Origin: the human T2T-CHM13v2.0 reference genome, Homo sapiens
Assembly (NCBI RefSeq): GCF_009914755.1
Contig: NC_060935.1
Reading direction: 5' to 3' (one strand)
Length of the DNA stretch: 64,000 bases
Shown piece after piece: positions 51,091 through 64,000 of the stretch (within the stretch, counting starts at the first letter, position 1; each line of letters opens with the position of its first letter). Under the pieces are notes generated by a model. That model was given only the letters and a program-made list of their open reading frames with translations. It was not told where the DNA came from and searched no databases. Both the position numbers and the translations under genes were made by a program.

Positions 51091-52639
51091 ACAAACTCAA
51101 AAAAAGTGCCATATAAACACAGCAGTTTTGATTATACAAGCTACAAGCTGCCCAAAGCTAACATCCTTAGCAAGTGTAGCCAGGACCTCAAGCCAGCTCC
51201 TAGAGGCTGTCTGTGTGTTAGTCAGCAGGAAGCTTGGCAGTCTGTCCAGGTGTGGAAGAGCTCAGCTCTCCCGTGTTTGAGTCCTGACTTTCCTGCTTGT
51301 TAAAGGTGTGACGTCGGGCAATTTGACATCTCTAAACCTCAATTTGTTTCCTTTCTCCCTCCCTCCGTTCCTTTCTCTCTTCCTTCCTCTAGTGAACATT
51401 TATTGAGTGGCTGCTCAGTGGAGGAGGCACTGTGTGAAGTTCTAGATATTCCCCAATGGACAGTTCAGTGATCCGTACATCACAGGCAGGCTGTAAGGAT
51501 TAAACGAGTTACTATCTGCTGGGGGCTTAGTCTGGGCCTGGTACTTAATGTAAACTCAGTAAATAATGGCTGCTCATGCTGATTTCCTATCAAACGTCCT
51601 TAGATCATATCTGTTAGGTCTCATCATCCCTTCTGTGAAGGAGGTAGCTGGTTCTTATGATAAAGCACTTAGCGGGAATGATCGTTCAAGTTTACTTGCT
51701 TTGTTTCTGCAGTGGAAACTGAAGCAGGGCTTTTTTTTTTCTCTGTAAATTTGGGAGACTATCAGCAGACCAGTCATCCAAGAAATTAAAAAGCCGAAAG
51801 CAGAGTCTACTGAGTAGACTCAATTAAGGTCTCCCCTCGTCTTATACAGTCTCGGGTCCTTTCGAAGCAAGTTTGACTGACAGGGAATTCTTTTGTCTAG
51901 GACCACATTTCCCAATTATATCCTGCTGAATATTATTTCCTTAAGCTGTTAATAGTATTCCATGAAATGAAATTAAACTATTGAATTTTTTTTTCTGAAG
52001 ACCACCTCCAAGTTCTTAATATACGACTGCATTTTACAGTATTGCATGGAGTATTTTTCCAAAAGTTATTAGACTAAGGAATGTTTCTCCAGCAACACCA
52101 GCAACATTTCATGGTATTATCCCTTCCCCTTCTTGGGGAACAGTTTGAGAAATGCCCATCTAGGATAGCTAAGCCAGACTTCATCAATGAAAGCCAGGCT
52201 GAAACACCAAAACTCTGGTAATACAAGTATTATATTTAGGAAAAGAATTGAAGCAGATGTTGAGTGATGGGCCAGTCTGTGTTATTGTCAGACTAGAACT
52301 GCCCACCAGTTAACGCTGGAGAAAGAAGAGAGTTCTTTGTGAAGGGCAGCCATCCACCTGGCTGGCGTGTCTCACCTTGACTGAGTGAGACATTCAAGCA
52401 CTGCTAGGTACAGGTGCTGCTAGGGGACAGGGCATCTTTCCTCTGTTCACTTTCTGCTCTTGCAGAAATCTAATTTCTCACATCCAGCAGAAAACCTCCC
52501 TGCAATGAGTGGTTTGGATGAGAATATTTATCTTCCCCAAACAGTTTTGCAACTTCCTCTTCCTTAATTGGGAGGTCAAGATGACTGAAGAACTTACACT
52601 GGGAAATAAAACTGTATAATTTGTAGTTATTTCTACCTC

Positions 52640-52805
52640 TGTCAAGCTGTGGGACCTTGGGAAATGACTAAGCTGTTTCTTTTAATCTCAACTTCTTCAT
52701 CTATAAAATGGGGATAATAATAGCACCTCTTTCCTGGTGTTGTCTGGGGAGTAAGTGAGCCACTGCTTGCAAAGTACCTCACATAGTGTCAGCACATGGT
52801 ACATC
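52640..52805 (+). mobile_element. MIR SINE
   Basis: gctgtgggaccttggg...ttcatctataaaatggggataataatagcacct. Confidence 0.75.
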
Positions 52806-52876
52806 TGCAATTCATATTTTTTTGCAATTAATATTAATGTCAGTTGTAATTTTTTTGTTTTTATCAATTCCATATT

Positions 52877-52910
<34 letters not shown>

Positions 52911-54299
52911 CAAAAAGGGAGGAAGAGGGAGGCATATGCCATACTTAGAGTATAATGTAAATTCTATTTTGCAAAGGAAGATTTTGAGTAAAATGAAAAA
53001 CAAATACATTTCCTATTAATGACATCTCTTTTGCTAAAGAGATAATTTATAAATGTGATTTTAGGTAGAAAGTCCTAGAAACCAAATTACTAATTAATTA
53101 GTATTTTAGTTTATTCGTCACTCTCTGGGGAATGTAGTTAGCATGAGTTAATCCCTCAAAGCTTACTTTGTATGGGATGTACCTTGTATTATGGTGCCTA
53201 GGACGCTAAATTAGTGGTTAGAGGGTTGTACAGTAGGCTTTGACTCTGAGGAAAGGGGCTGAGATTGCCTTGAGGAATTTTTGATTGGGTCTCTTGAATA
53301 GCCTAAATAAACTATCCTGGCCAGAATTCTTTCACAGTAGAGTTTAAAACTCCTCTCTCCTTCTTTCTCCCCTTCTTTGCCCTCCCTTCCTTCCCTTCTC
53401 CTCCCTTCTCCCACAGACAGGAATGAATAAGCATACACAAATTTTTGCTTATTCCATTCGCCTTTCTATATATCCAATGCAGACTGCTGTCTTATGTCAT
53501 TATTTATATTATATTCATGTGATTATGTTCCTTATCTTGATTTTATCTGTTTCTGAAGTGGGAAGGGTGTAAATGTCATTTTTTATTTTTAAGATTACGA
53601 CTGTATTTCCATATTCTCAGACCACTTATTGAAGTCTCATTTATATTCAACAGCATGCAGTAATACACATCAGAATGTAAATAAAGGCTAAAACATATGT
53701 TCAACAAATTGGGAATAGAATAAAATACTAGGCTTTGCCATAAAAGAATTGAGATTATTTATGTGGGGAAACAAACATAATGGTTGGTCAATAACACACA
53801 AGTTCTCTTATTTCAAATATGGTATCTAATTATTTTTCTTTGTTACTAAAAAATGTATTACAATGTGCCAAGCATTGTGCCAAGTATTTCACACGGCTCT
53901 CCTAAACCTCATTTAGGCCTCATGAAATCCCTAAGAAACAGGTAGTGTCTGCAACTGAGACTCTCACTGCCTTCAAATGGAACTGTCCTTAAATGGTACT
54001 ACCAGGTCTCAGTCCAAACCTTAGCCTTTTTCCCCACAAGGAAACATTGATTGACCTAAGGTTTGGCTTATACTAGAAGGGATGACTGTTCTGGTCAAGA
54101 TATTTGGGTTTCAAAGGACAACTTGACCTGGACCCTGGACCCCACTATCTCAAATAAAAGGAGTGTCTCATAGAAATAAGCCCAAGCCAGGCTTCATGGG
54201 AGCCAGGACCAGAGAACTTCTCTCTCTCTCTCTCTCTCTCTCTGTTGCCGTCTCTCTCTCAAAGTAAATACAATGAAGTGTATGAGGTAAACAAAAAAA

Positions 54300-55610
54300 G
54301 GGTAAGAGAGTCCAGGGTGTATGTGAGGGAGTTAATATAATAAGGGAATCTAATCTGGGTGAGGAGGGAAGTGAGGACTTGAGGATGACCAGCCGTGGGT
54401 TAAGATAGTATATCTCGGGGGAGCTGAAGATTTGTGGGAGCCAAAGTACTAGAGAGAATGACCGTGAAAGATGGGAGGTGGTGTTAAGAGAGTGGGAGTG
54501 GGTGTAAATAGGAAATGAAAACGTCAAGGCTGACCGTGAGAGTAAGTGGCTGCCGTAGATTGGAGAACAAGGTCATCAGGGCAGAGGTCAAGGATCTGAG
54601 CTTCTGGGATATTGGAAAAATTATTTCTATGAATATTGAAATCATGGAGAATTATGAAAAGAGCAACATCTAAGAGAGTGATCATAAACCAGGTCTGAAA
54701 ATTTCAAGGCAAGAGGGAGATAACCCAGGAATCTGTAATGACCACTACAGGGGCAGGGGATAGCGAGTAGAATAGTCTAATGGCTTGATGGGGATTTTAG
54801 GGAGGGATTGTGGTCTGGAAGTGGCACAAAAAAACAAGGAAAACAATAACTCCACCTCAAAGTCCAGTCATGCCATGAGTGTGGGAGAGAAAATACCATC
54901 ATTTGAGAGGATTTTTAGGGCCTCAGCAGAAAAGCAGAGTTCACTTTGAACAGCGATTCTCAAAATGTAGTTCAGGGACCCTTAGGGAATCTCTAAGACC
55001 TGGCAGAGATCCACAGCTCAAAACTATTTTCATAGAAAACTAAGATATTATTCACCTTATCACTCTCATTCTCTCACAAGTCTGTAGTGGAATTTTCCAG
55101 AGTCTACGTAATGTATGATAATGCAACAACAGATTGAATGCAGAAGTCAGTAGAAGAATCCAACTGTCTTCTATTAAGCCAGGCATTAAAGAGATTTTCA
55201 GAAATGTAAAACAATACCATCCTTCCCAGTACTTTTGTTCTGTTTTGTTTTGGAAAATATAGTTATTTTCCATAAAATATGTGATGGTTTTACTATTATT
55301 TTAAACTGAATACATTAATTTTAATTTTTAATTTCAAATACAGTAAGTATTGATAGACACTACCCACGAAAATCAAAGCTCTTAGGGTCCCCAATCACTT
55401 TAAAGAGAGTCGTGAGACAAAAATGTTTGACAACCACTGAGTTAGTACATAAAGGCAAAGGAAATGCTCAGGAAAGAAGTCGAAGTGTAGGGGATTTTGC
55501 TGGTGATGGACTATGGGTTTCAGGGTGCACAAAAGGAGGTTTGGGAATGAGGAAGGGCTGGGAGACAGGTCAGAAACTGGGATGGATAAAAGCACGTGGT
55601 GATGATAATC
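54300..55610 (-). mobile_element. L2 fragment interrupted by a Charlie4-like element
   Basis: Purine-rich antisense L2 (gagagtaagtggctg...atattgaaatca...gagagtga). Confidence 0.5.
54950..55439 (+). mobile_element. Charlie4a (MER80)-like hAT element
   Basis: cagcgattctcaaaatgtagttc...aaaatgtttgacaaccactg. Confidence 0.7.
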
Positions 55611-56057
55611 TGGGGTGATTAAGACAACCTTAGGCCCTGATCTTTGAACTGATGGGCAGAGACAAGGATGCAGGGCATAAGGTGGCCAGTCCTGATGACT
55701 GCAGTGCAGAGAGTGATGCTGAGGCTGAGGCTGAGTGTTGTGAGGAAACCAGAAGCCAGCTTCTGCTGGGGGAGGATGAAGCTGGGAGACCAGTTATCTT
55801 ATATAGCACGTGGGTTCCTTAGTTTGTATCCCAAAGGACACTTTGATTGGCACATCTCATCTACTCATGTGTCAGGTGCCCAGTCCCAGGACCAGTCACC
55901 TGATACAGGTCTAGGACAATCCACTGCCCCATTCTGCAGAGTCTGAGGTATGTGATGGTTCCTGGAAAAGGCGGTATGGTCTGGTCAGATGCCCCCCAAA
56001 GGCATCTACAATCACCAAGAAAGACGAAAATCTCTTGTGTTTTGGATAACTCTGGGA

Positions 56058-56454
<397 letters not shown>

Positions 56455-56559
56455 TGATGCAAAAGGCCTTCTAGGAAATGAACTGGGCAATACAATGGCA
56501 GCATGTTTGATCATGGCAGTGGTGACTTCCCACTGTGACCAACTCCTTACCAGGACCTT

Positions 56560-57020
56560 ACCATGACCTTGCTCTGTTGCTTGGACCTCATCTTGTCCCC
56601 CACCCCACCTGTTTCCTATGCTTCAACCATAGGGGCTTGCTTTCTCCTTCTAACTTGCCATGCTTCTTCCTGACTCAGGGCCTCTGTACTGACCATTTCT
56701 TCTGTTTGGAACATTCTTCTGTTTCCATAAATGCCTCTTTTCATCATTTAAGTCTCAATTTCAAAGTTATCTTCTATGGAAGATCATCCTTGATGACCCT
56801 ATGTAAAGCATTTCTCTTCTTTTTTTCCAGTCACTCTAGTTTGTCCTCTTCGTAGCACACATCAGTACTTGAGATGATCTCCTTTATGCATTTGTTTCCA
56901 TGTGTAATGTTTGTCTTCTGCTCTTTGGTGTTAGAAACCTTGTCTTTCTTGTTCACCATTACATCACTGGTGCTTGACACCAATAAGTGGCCAGCCAGTA
57001 TTTGTTGACCAAATGACTGA
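56560..57020 (+). mobile_element. L2 3' end
   Basis: ctcagggcctctgtact...ttgtctttcttgttcacc...tatttgttgaccaaatgactga. Confidence 0.7.
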
Positions 57021-57069
57021 CTTAGGATTGTGGGAAGGAATAACTGAAATCCTTGAAAGTTATCCAAGA

Positions 57070-57409
<340 letters not shown>

Positions 57410-58229
57410 TTATCCAAGAAAAATTCAAGTAGGATCACCAAATTTCTTTTTTCCCTGTTAAGATTTGCTTATTCAAATTATTCTCAGACAGTCAGATTTA
57501 ATTCACTACGAGCCACTTTAGAATGGAGGGCAGACACTCCCCAATACCAAAAGACAGAAACGATGATAAAACCCAACATACCAGAAATACCCCATTGCTA
57601 ACAAGAGAAGGATGAAAGGGACTAAAATAATTATTTTGCTTATGTCATCCAAAATTCTCCCAAAAAGCAGACTTCAGGGTTCTCAATTTTTCTACTGTGG
57701 AAGTTACAAGGAAGGCAGAAGGAGGGCAAACTTTTATCATTTGTGTGCTAAATCTCCATGCTGTACCAAAGGTCACTGATTTTACACCCTGGTGTTAGAT
57801 CAGATGCTGAGCATATTTCTCAAATGGTCCCATTTTTATGGATAGTATAGTGCTGTGGTGGTATATTGAGTGCTTACGCAAGTTTTATATCTAGATTGGT
57901 ATTTATCATGAGTAACTACATTAACTCATTTTATTACCTGAGCTCTGAGGACCTGAAAAACTGTGTGTTCTTATGTTGCACACGGCTGGGAGATCTACTT
58001 GTGCTCCTCACAAGTTGTGCTAGGCATTAACAAAGGATCTTGGATTATCAGGGCCTCCTTTTTTCCATCTACAAAAGGAGAAAACTTATGGGAGGATATA
58101 TGTTTTTCTTCATTGGAATACTTTTATATCATAGTATGAGACACTAGGGTTATTGTGGAGGGAGATCAAACTTCAAACACCTAAACGTGGCAGACATTTG
58201 TTTCACACCTATTGTATCTCAGACCCCTA

Positions 58230-58572
<343 letters not shown>

Positions 58573-59450
58573 TGCGATAATGCGTAAATTGAGTAATTTT
58601 CATTATTATTCAGAGATGGAAGCAGTTAATCAGAGGAAGAGAGTGTGGACAGAGATCTCTGTCCTGTCCTTTTTTGCCTGTGTATAACTTCAAACAAGTC
58701 ACCTAACCCTGCCTGAACTTGGTCTGGTTAGGCTCTGTGCGGGGTAGAAATGAGTAATGGGAATGGGGTGGGCAGGCATTGTCATGGGAACAAAGCAAAA
58801 GTAGAACAACGGACCTCTGGAAGAACAGAATCTGAAAGGTGGTTTTGATCACAAGGCAGCCTCTCAGGGAGGGCCTCTGCTTCTCCTGGTCTTGATGTCC
58901 AGTTGTCTTCTACTGCTTCCTTTATCTCAATAGTGTTCAAATTATGTGGTTCCAAGCAAGGTTTTCTTTGTAAAATGGTTTGAACCCATGCCATTCTATT
59001 GCATAATTTCTGCTTGCTCATAGCTCTGGCCCCTTCTAACTATGTGTCCGCATCCCTTGCAAGCTGCATTCAGAGTGGCAGGAAAATGGGCGATCAGACT
59101 GGTAACAAGAGAAGCAGGGAGTGGCTGGGATTGTGGCAAACTGGAAACTGCACGTTCTCCCTAAAAGGGAGAAAAAGCACTGCAGAACTAGCCAATTACA
59201 GAGTGCAGGTCTGCAGCAAGAATGATGCCAGGTCCCCTAGGTTTTTCAAGGCAAGCTGAAAAATCTGTATTTTTGCATGACGTTTTCTAATTTTAAAATA
59301 TTGGCAAGTAGTTCAAACAATGTTGACCTCATAAGGTTCAAACAATACAATCTAATATAGAACATTTAACGAGCCCACAGCCAGTGTGCAGCTTTTAGAA
59401 TCTAGAGTTCAGATAAAGTCACAAACTTCAGCTTTTGCTCTGCCTAATAG

Positions 59451-59451
<1 letters not shown>

Positions 59452-59484
<33 letters not shown>
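59452..59484 (+). repeat. (TG)n microsatellite
   Basis: Direct reading. Confidence 0.95.
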
Positions 59485-59485
<1 letters not shown>

Positions 59486-59936
59486 CACATTCCTGAAATG
59501 TAATCTTACTGGTGAAGTGTACTTTTTGGGGCCAAAATTTTCACAGCACAAATCTATGGATTGGATGCACCTGGGTTAGGTGCCCACCCTTAGTCTTAAA
59601 GGGGGCTGCCTAAGGGATAGCTACTCTTTCAACAGGAGCCTTGATTGGACTGACTTCCATTTCAGAGGTTGTGGACATGGCAAGCTGTGTATATATCTAA
59701 TAAAGACCTAGAATTTCCTCCTCATAAATTAATGTTTAACTAGAATGACCAACACTGGTTTCTCCTATGAAGATTCTGTTTCTTAATAAGAAAAAGCAAA
59801 GTCCCATTGACATTTAGGTAGAATTTTGGTTAGAATTTGGCTGGTGACAAGCATCATATATTGGCATTAATGGTCCTTAAGGAGAAGCTCTGATTTCCAT
59901 GGAAATACTGACTACTTCTCCTCTTAAGAAAATTCT

Positions 59937-60102
59937 GGCTTGGCGTGGTGGCTGTGATCCCAGTGCTTTGGGAGGCTGAGGCAAAGGCTCAGTTGAGCCC
60001 AGAAATTTGAGGCTATGGTGAGCTATGATTAAGACACTGCAGTCCAGCCTAGGCGAGAGAGCAAGACTCTGTTTTAAAAAAAAAAAAAAAAGAAAGAAAA
60101 AA
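59937..60102 (+). mobile_element. Old Alu monomer (FRAM/AluJ-like)
   Basis: tgagcccagaaatttgaggct..ggtgagctatgatt...agcaagactctg plus A tail. Confidence 0.8.
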
Positions 60103-60521
60103 TATCTGCTTACAAAATGAGAAACTCTTAGGGTTAGAAAAGAATTTAACCTCTTTAAACTTCCCTTTCAGTCCTTCAATACTTTTTTATGGCATGCTCG
60201 TATGTTGTGAATACTTCTCTTTACCAGGAAGTACGCTTCTCCCAGAGGAGACTCTTTCATCTTTAGACAGGCCTCATGATTAACCTTTTTTTTCTTATTG
60301 CACAATGCCCTGCCCACCATAGGCAATCAGTACAGCATACGCTAAATAAGTTCATTTCTATGTCATTTGCTGAGTACATACTATGTGCCAGACACTATTC
60401 TAGAAACTTGGGCAATATCAGTGAATTAAAAACATCAGATTTGTTTAACTGAACCGATCCCTTATAGAGCTGATGTTCTACCCTGAAAGTAGGAGGTGGT
60501 AAAAGACAGATAATAATTTTT

Positions 60522-60857
60522 TCCTCCTTCCTTCCTTCCTTCCTTCCTTCCTTCCTTCCTTCCTTCCTTCCTTCCTCTCTCTCTCTCTCTCTTTCTTTGT
60601 CTTGCTCTGTCTCCCAGGCTGGAGTGCAGTGCTCACTATATCCTCCACCTCCCAGGTTCAAGCAATTCTCTGCCTCAGTCTCCAGAGTACTTGGGATTAC
60701 AGGCACCCGCCACCATGCCCGGCTAATTTTTGTATTTTTAGTAGAGATGGGGTTTCGCTATGTTGGCCAGGCTGGTCTTGAACTTCTGACCTCGTGATCT
60801 ATCCACCTCAGCCTCCCAAAGTGCTGGGATTACAGGCGTGAGCCACCACACCCGGCC
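60522..60857 (-). mobile_element. AluS with (CCTT)n/(CT)n tail, inside L2 (~60350-61050)
   Basis: Dimer with small deletions; tail replaced by (CCTT)n. Confidence 0.88.
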
Positions 60858-61129
60858 AAAATTTTTTTCTTAAAGTAAACCATACAATGTGTTACAAGGT
60901 TATAGATGCTATTAAAAAAAAAAAGCAGAGTTGAATGAGGGAGACTGGGAGGGAGGGGCGAATTACAACTTTAAATAGGTGGAATAGGGTAGGTCTTATT
61001 GAAATAAAACTTGAAGGAGATTGAGAGAGTTAGCAATGTAGAATGGATGTTCCCAAACTGATCTCCCTGCAGCCGGGTAGAACTAGTTCCCTTTCCACTT
61101 CCCAGGCCCTAGGGATAATGATAGGAAAA

Positions 61130-61370
61130 ATAATAGCTTAATATCCTTTGAATCCCAGCAGGGATTCTAAACACTTTTTCTGTATGAATTCACTAAATCC
61201 TCATAGCCACCCTAAGACAGAGCTACTACTTTTATCCCCATTTTCATATGAGTAAACTGAGGCACAGCAAAGTTAAGTAACTTGGCTAATAACCAGAGGA
61301 TGGGAAGAAGAGGAGCTGCTGTGGAGACCTTGCCATTTTGGCTCCAGGCTTTGGCTCTTAATCCCTTAGA
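61130..61370 (-). mobile_element. MIR SINE
   Basis: tatccccattttcatatgagtaaactgaggcacag..aagttaagtaacttg. Confidence 0.8.
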
Positions 61371-61417
61371 CGAGCCTCTTTTAAGTCTCCTCCCTGCTCA
61401 TTGTCCTCTCAGTTTCT

Positions 61418-61713
61418 TGCCAGGCACGGTGGCTTATGCCTATAATCCCAGCTCTTTGGGAGGCCGAGACATGTGGATCACTTGAGGTCAGGAGTTCTAC
61501 ACCAGCCTGGCCAACATGGTGAAACCCTATCTCTACTAAAAATACAATAATTAGCCGGGTATGGTGGTGCATGCCTGTAATCCCAGCTACTCGGGAGGCT
61601 GAAGCATGAGAATTCCTTGAACCCGGGGAGGTGGAGGTTGCAGGGAGCCGAGATCATGCCACTGCACTCCAGCCTGGATGACAGAGGGGAAACTGTCTCA
61701 AAAAAAAAAAAAA
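61418..61713 (+). mobile_element. AluS
   Basis: Full dimer plus A tail. Confidence 0.92.
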
Positions 61714-62499
61714 GATTTTGTTTCCCAGGCATGTGTCCCATGCCCAGTCTCTTTCATTGTGTGTGATTCCTGGGATGAAATTTAAAGCCCTTCATCATTC
61801 TAGGGCTTCTGTTGAGGATCTTTTAGCTTTACCTAATATCGCAGGACAAATGAGACACCCAGAACTTCTTCAACCCGCTCTCATGCCCACAACCACCGTA
61901 ACACATAGGTTTTGTAGGGTCGCAATGACCAAATCAAAAAATGAAAATGAGTCTTGCTCAGTTTTGAGATAAAAGGACATGCACATCTTTTTCTTCAGCA
62001 AATGTCACTGTGGTTTCAAAGCCTATGTGTGATGTGCGATCGGGCAGCATTTTTAAAGTATTTCCTGCTCAACCATAGGGTGAAATGATGCAGGTAGTGA
62101 GTCCTGCAAACAGCTGCACTAAATTCTTAACACCTGCAAAAAACAACAAGAACAACAACAAAACAAAACCCAACAGTTTTCAAAATAATTATGCATTATT
62201 TTTAATTTTTGGCTTGTTGATTTTCTGTGGTTTCAAACTCTGAAGGACCCTCTAATTCATGAAACCTGCAGTTAGAAAATGAGTTTGGGAGCTTTAAAAG
62301 AATTTGCAAACAAGGGAAAGATTTCACTTGCATTATATTTTCATCAATGCACTTAAAACAACTTCTGGAATCGCCAGAGTTCCAGGCTCCACTCCTCTCT
62401 TCAGCTCCGCCCTGCTCCTTTTTAAGTGAGCCCCAGAATCACCTCTTGGCTTGGCAGTTTCCCATTGCGGGGCAGCTGGGCCGGGGGCGGGGGTCGGCT

Positions 62500-62622
62500 G
62501 CAGATCTCCCGTTGTGTGAGAGAAACGCAAGCACGGAGCTCCCTTGACCTGCTGCATCCTCCTCGGCAATTTTTTTTTTTTAAGTCAAAAAGCTTGGATT
62601 TCCTGAAATTGTTGAACTGGAT
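62500..62622 (+). other. Candidate alternative non-coding first exon (start approximate)
   Basis: Just downstream of a GC box; ends GAT|GTAAGT (consensus donor). Confidence 0.5.
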
Positions 62623-62753
62623 GTAAGTGCAGGGCCCCCCTCTCCGCTCTCCCCAGCAGGGTGAGAGTTGCTGAAGGGGAGGAGGAGTGAGATGGGGTGA
62701 AGTGAGTTGGGGGACATTGGAGAGACACTAAAGCTAGGTGCCCGGGACAGGAA

Positions 62754-63045
62754 AAGTGGGAGGAGAAGGAGGAAGAGGGGAGGAGGGGGAGAAGGGGGAG
62801 GAGGAGGAAGAGGAGGAGGAGGAGGAGGAGGAGGCGGCCGTAAGATGAGAGAGGAGGGAAACGTGTCACCAGCCCGGCTGTGGGAGCTCCGCGGCCGAAG
62901 CGTTTGTTGACTCGCGCTGGAGAGGAACCGAGGCTGGACGGGACCCCATCTGAGGGCAGAGCTGGGGGAGGAGGGAGGGACGGAGGGAGGGAGAGCTGGG
63001 CAGAGCGCGACGGGGAGAACCATCCAGGTCGCTCATTTCTCTCCG
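62754..63045 (+). other. ZHX2: Candidate main non-coding first exon (5' UTR), tentatively of ZHX2; start approximate
   Basis: Ends CCG|GTGAGA; resembles my recollection of the ZHX2 mRNA 5' end (GAGGAG...GGCGGCCGTAAGATGAGAGAGG...); not verified. Confidence 0.45.
62759..62834 (+). repeat. Polypurine GGA-rich tract including (GAG)8
   Basis: Direct reading; pure run at 62810-62834. Confidence 0.9.
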
Positions 63046-64000
63046 GTGAGAAAACTTCCTCGGGAAGACCGGAAACTTTTTCCTAGGCGCGCGGAGTCTG
63101 GGGCGGAGGCGAGCGGCGGGTGTGCGCGACTCGGGGTGATTCACGCCGGGGACCCCAAGGAGGTGAGTGGTGGGTGGGGGGCGTCTCTGGGAGGGGCCGG
63201 AGTCATAGGCTCAGCAACCGCGCAGGATTGAGCGAAAATTACCGCGCGCTAATCTGACGGGGCGCGGCGTGGCGGGGGTAGGAGCTAGGGAAAAGTGTCA
63301 CGTTTGGGGGGGCAACCAGGTGGGAACTCCTGCATGGTTAAGGATCCTCCGATCGGACGCTGCAGGCAGGCGTAGGGGATCTTACTCGAGACCACCATGG
63401 TGGGGAGGTGGGCAGGCCACGCTCCCGGTCTGCTCTTTAGGGTGGTTGAAGTACCGCCGTGAGGTGGGATGCGGATGCTGGTGATCATGGGACCTAGGCT
63501 GAGCCGGGAGGTCGAAAAAGAAAGTCGGCTTGTTTGACTCTCTCGTTCTCCCTCTGGGGGGCAAATCTAAAGAGCTGACCCCGCTTAAGCACGGGAGATT
63601 TCGCGCCTGCAGCAGCCTTTTCCCGGCGGTCCCCCTTTTTCTGGAGGGAGGCGTGGGAGAGAAGGGCAGGGCAGGGAGCCACTTTGTCCCGTGCGCTGCT
63701 GCACGCGCGCGCTCTGCGGACTAGGGTGGGCCAGGGCCCAGCCAGTGGGGATCCCGCCGGGACGGGCTGTGAGCAAGCCCTGGGACGGCCCGGCTGCGGA
63801 CCCCGCGCTGGGAGTCCGCAGTATCCCCCTTCCGTTTTATTTCTCCCGCCTGCCTTCCTTTCGGCGAGGCTTTCCTCTGCGCGCTTACTGTGCGCGCATG
63901 CCGGGCTCGCTGCACGCAGGGGGCGCTCTAGGGGCCCCGCCCGGGCAGCTGGGACCCTGCCTGCCCAACCCTCCGGCCCATTTTCCTTGAGGCCGCCGCC

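Larger units (their letters stand above)
62400..64000 (+). promoter_or_regulatory. CpG-island promoter, continuing past the window end
   Basis: Abrupt rise in GC and CpG, repeat-free; GC boxes (GGGGCGGGG ~62485, GGGGCGG ~63100); + strand splice donors at 62623, 63046 and 63163. Confidence 0.9.

Noticed and set aside
47374-55439. Similar blocks at 47.6-48.0 kb and 55.0-55.4 kb, and three similar blocks at 2.7, 6.0 and 33.4 kb, as segmental duplications
   Set aside because: Independent, diverged copies of Charlie4-like and MER58A transposons with unrelated flanks.
62580-63023. 147-aa poly-proline ORF (minus strand) and poly-glycine ORF 62707-62910
   Set aside because: Produced by the GGA repeat and GC-rich, stop-poor DNA; only the ATG-initiated 21-codon part is kept, as a candidate uORF.
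63913-63927. CTCF-like motif cacgcagggggcgct
   Set aside because: Mismatches in the 5' core, and such matches are common in CpG islands; not supportable without ChIP data.

Overview
Primate (very probably human) euchromatic DNA. About 62 kb is non-coding and dense in transposon relics, and it ends in a CpG-island promoter at ~62.4-64.0 kb. The promoter faces the + strand and has up to three candidate non-coding first exons, each ending in a strong splice donor. From memory the main exon resembles the 5' end of ZHX2 (tentative, not verified). No intact protein-coding exon is supported: the ORF track is explained by Alu, LTR, LINE and low-complexity sequence, and the only recognisable peptide is a decayed Tigger1 transposase fragment. 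Recognised repeats include ~18 Alu/monomer copies (one AluY), many MIR/L2 relics, one L3/CR1, several L1s (one L1PB carrying an ~800-bp AT expansion), solo LTRs (HERV-W LTR17, LTR8, MER4D, THE1A, MSTA, MSTB, MLT1), a decayed MER4-group provirus, a near-full-length Tigger1, and MER58A, MER20, MER1B, Charlie4 and Tigger3a elements. Subfamily names come from recalled consensus sequences. I found no evidence of a new biological system. The best leads are nested insertions with intact target-site duplications (TSDs), apparent repair scars (templated insertions, hairpins, local duplications), a candidate distal enhancer, and a (GAG)n tract plus uORF in the putative 5' UTR.
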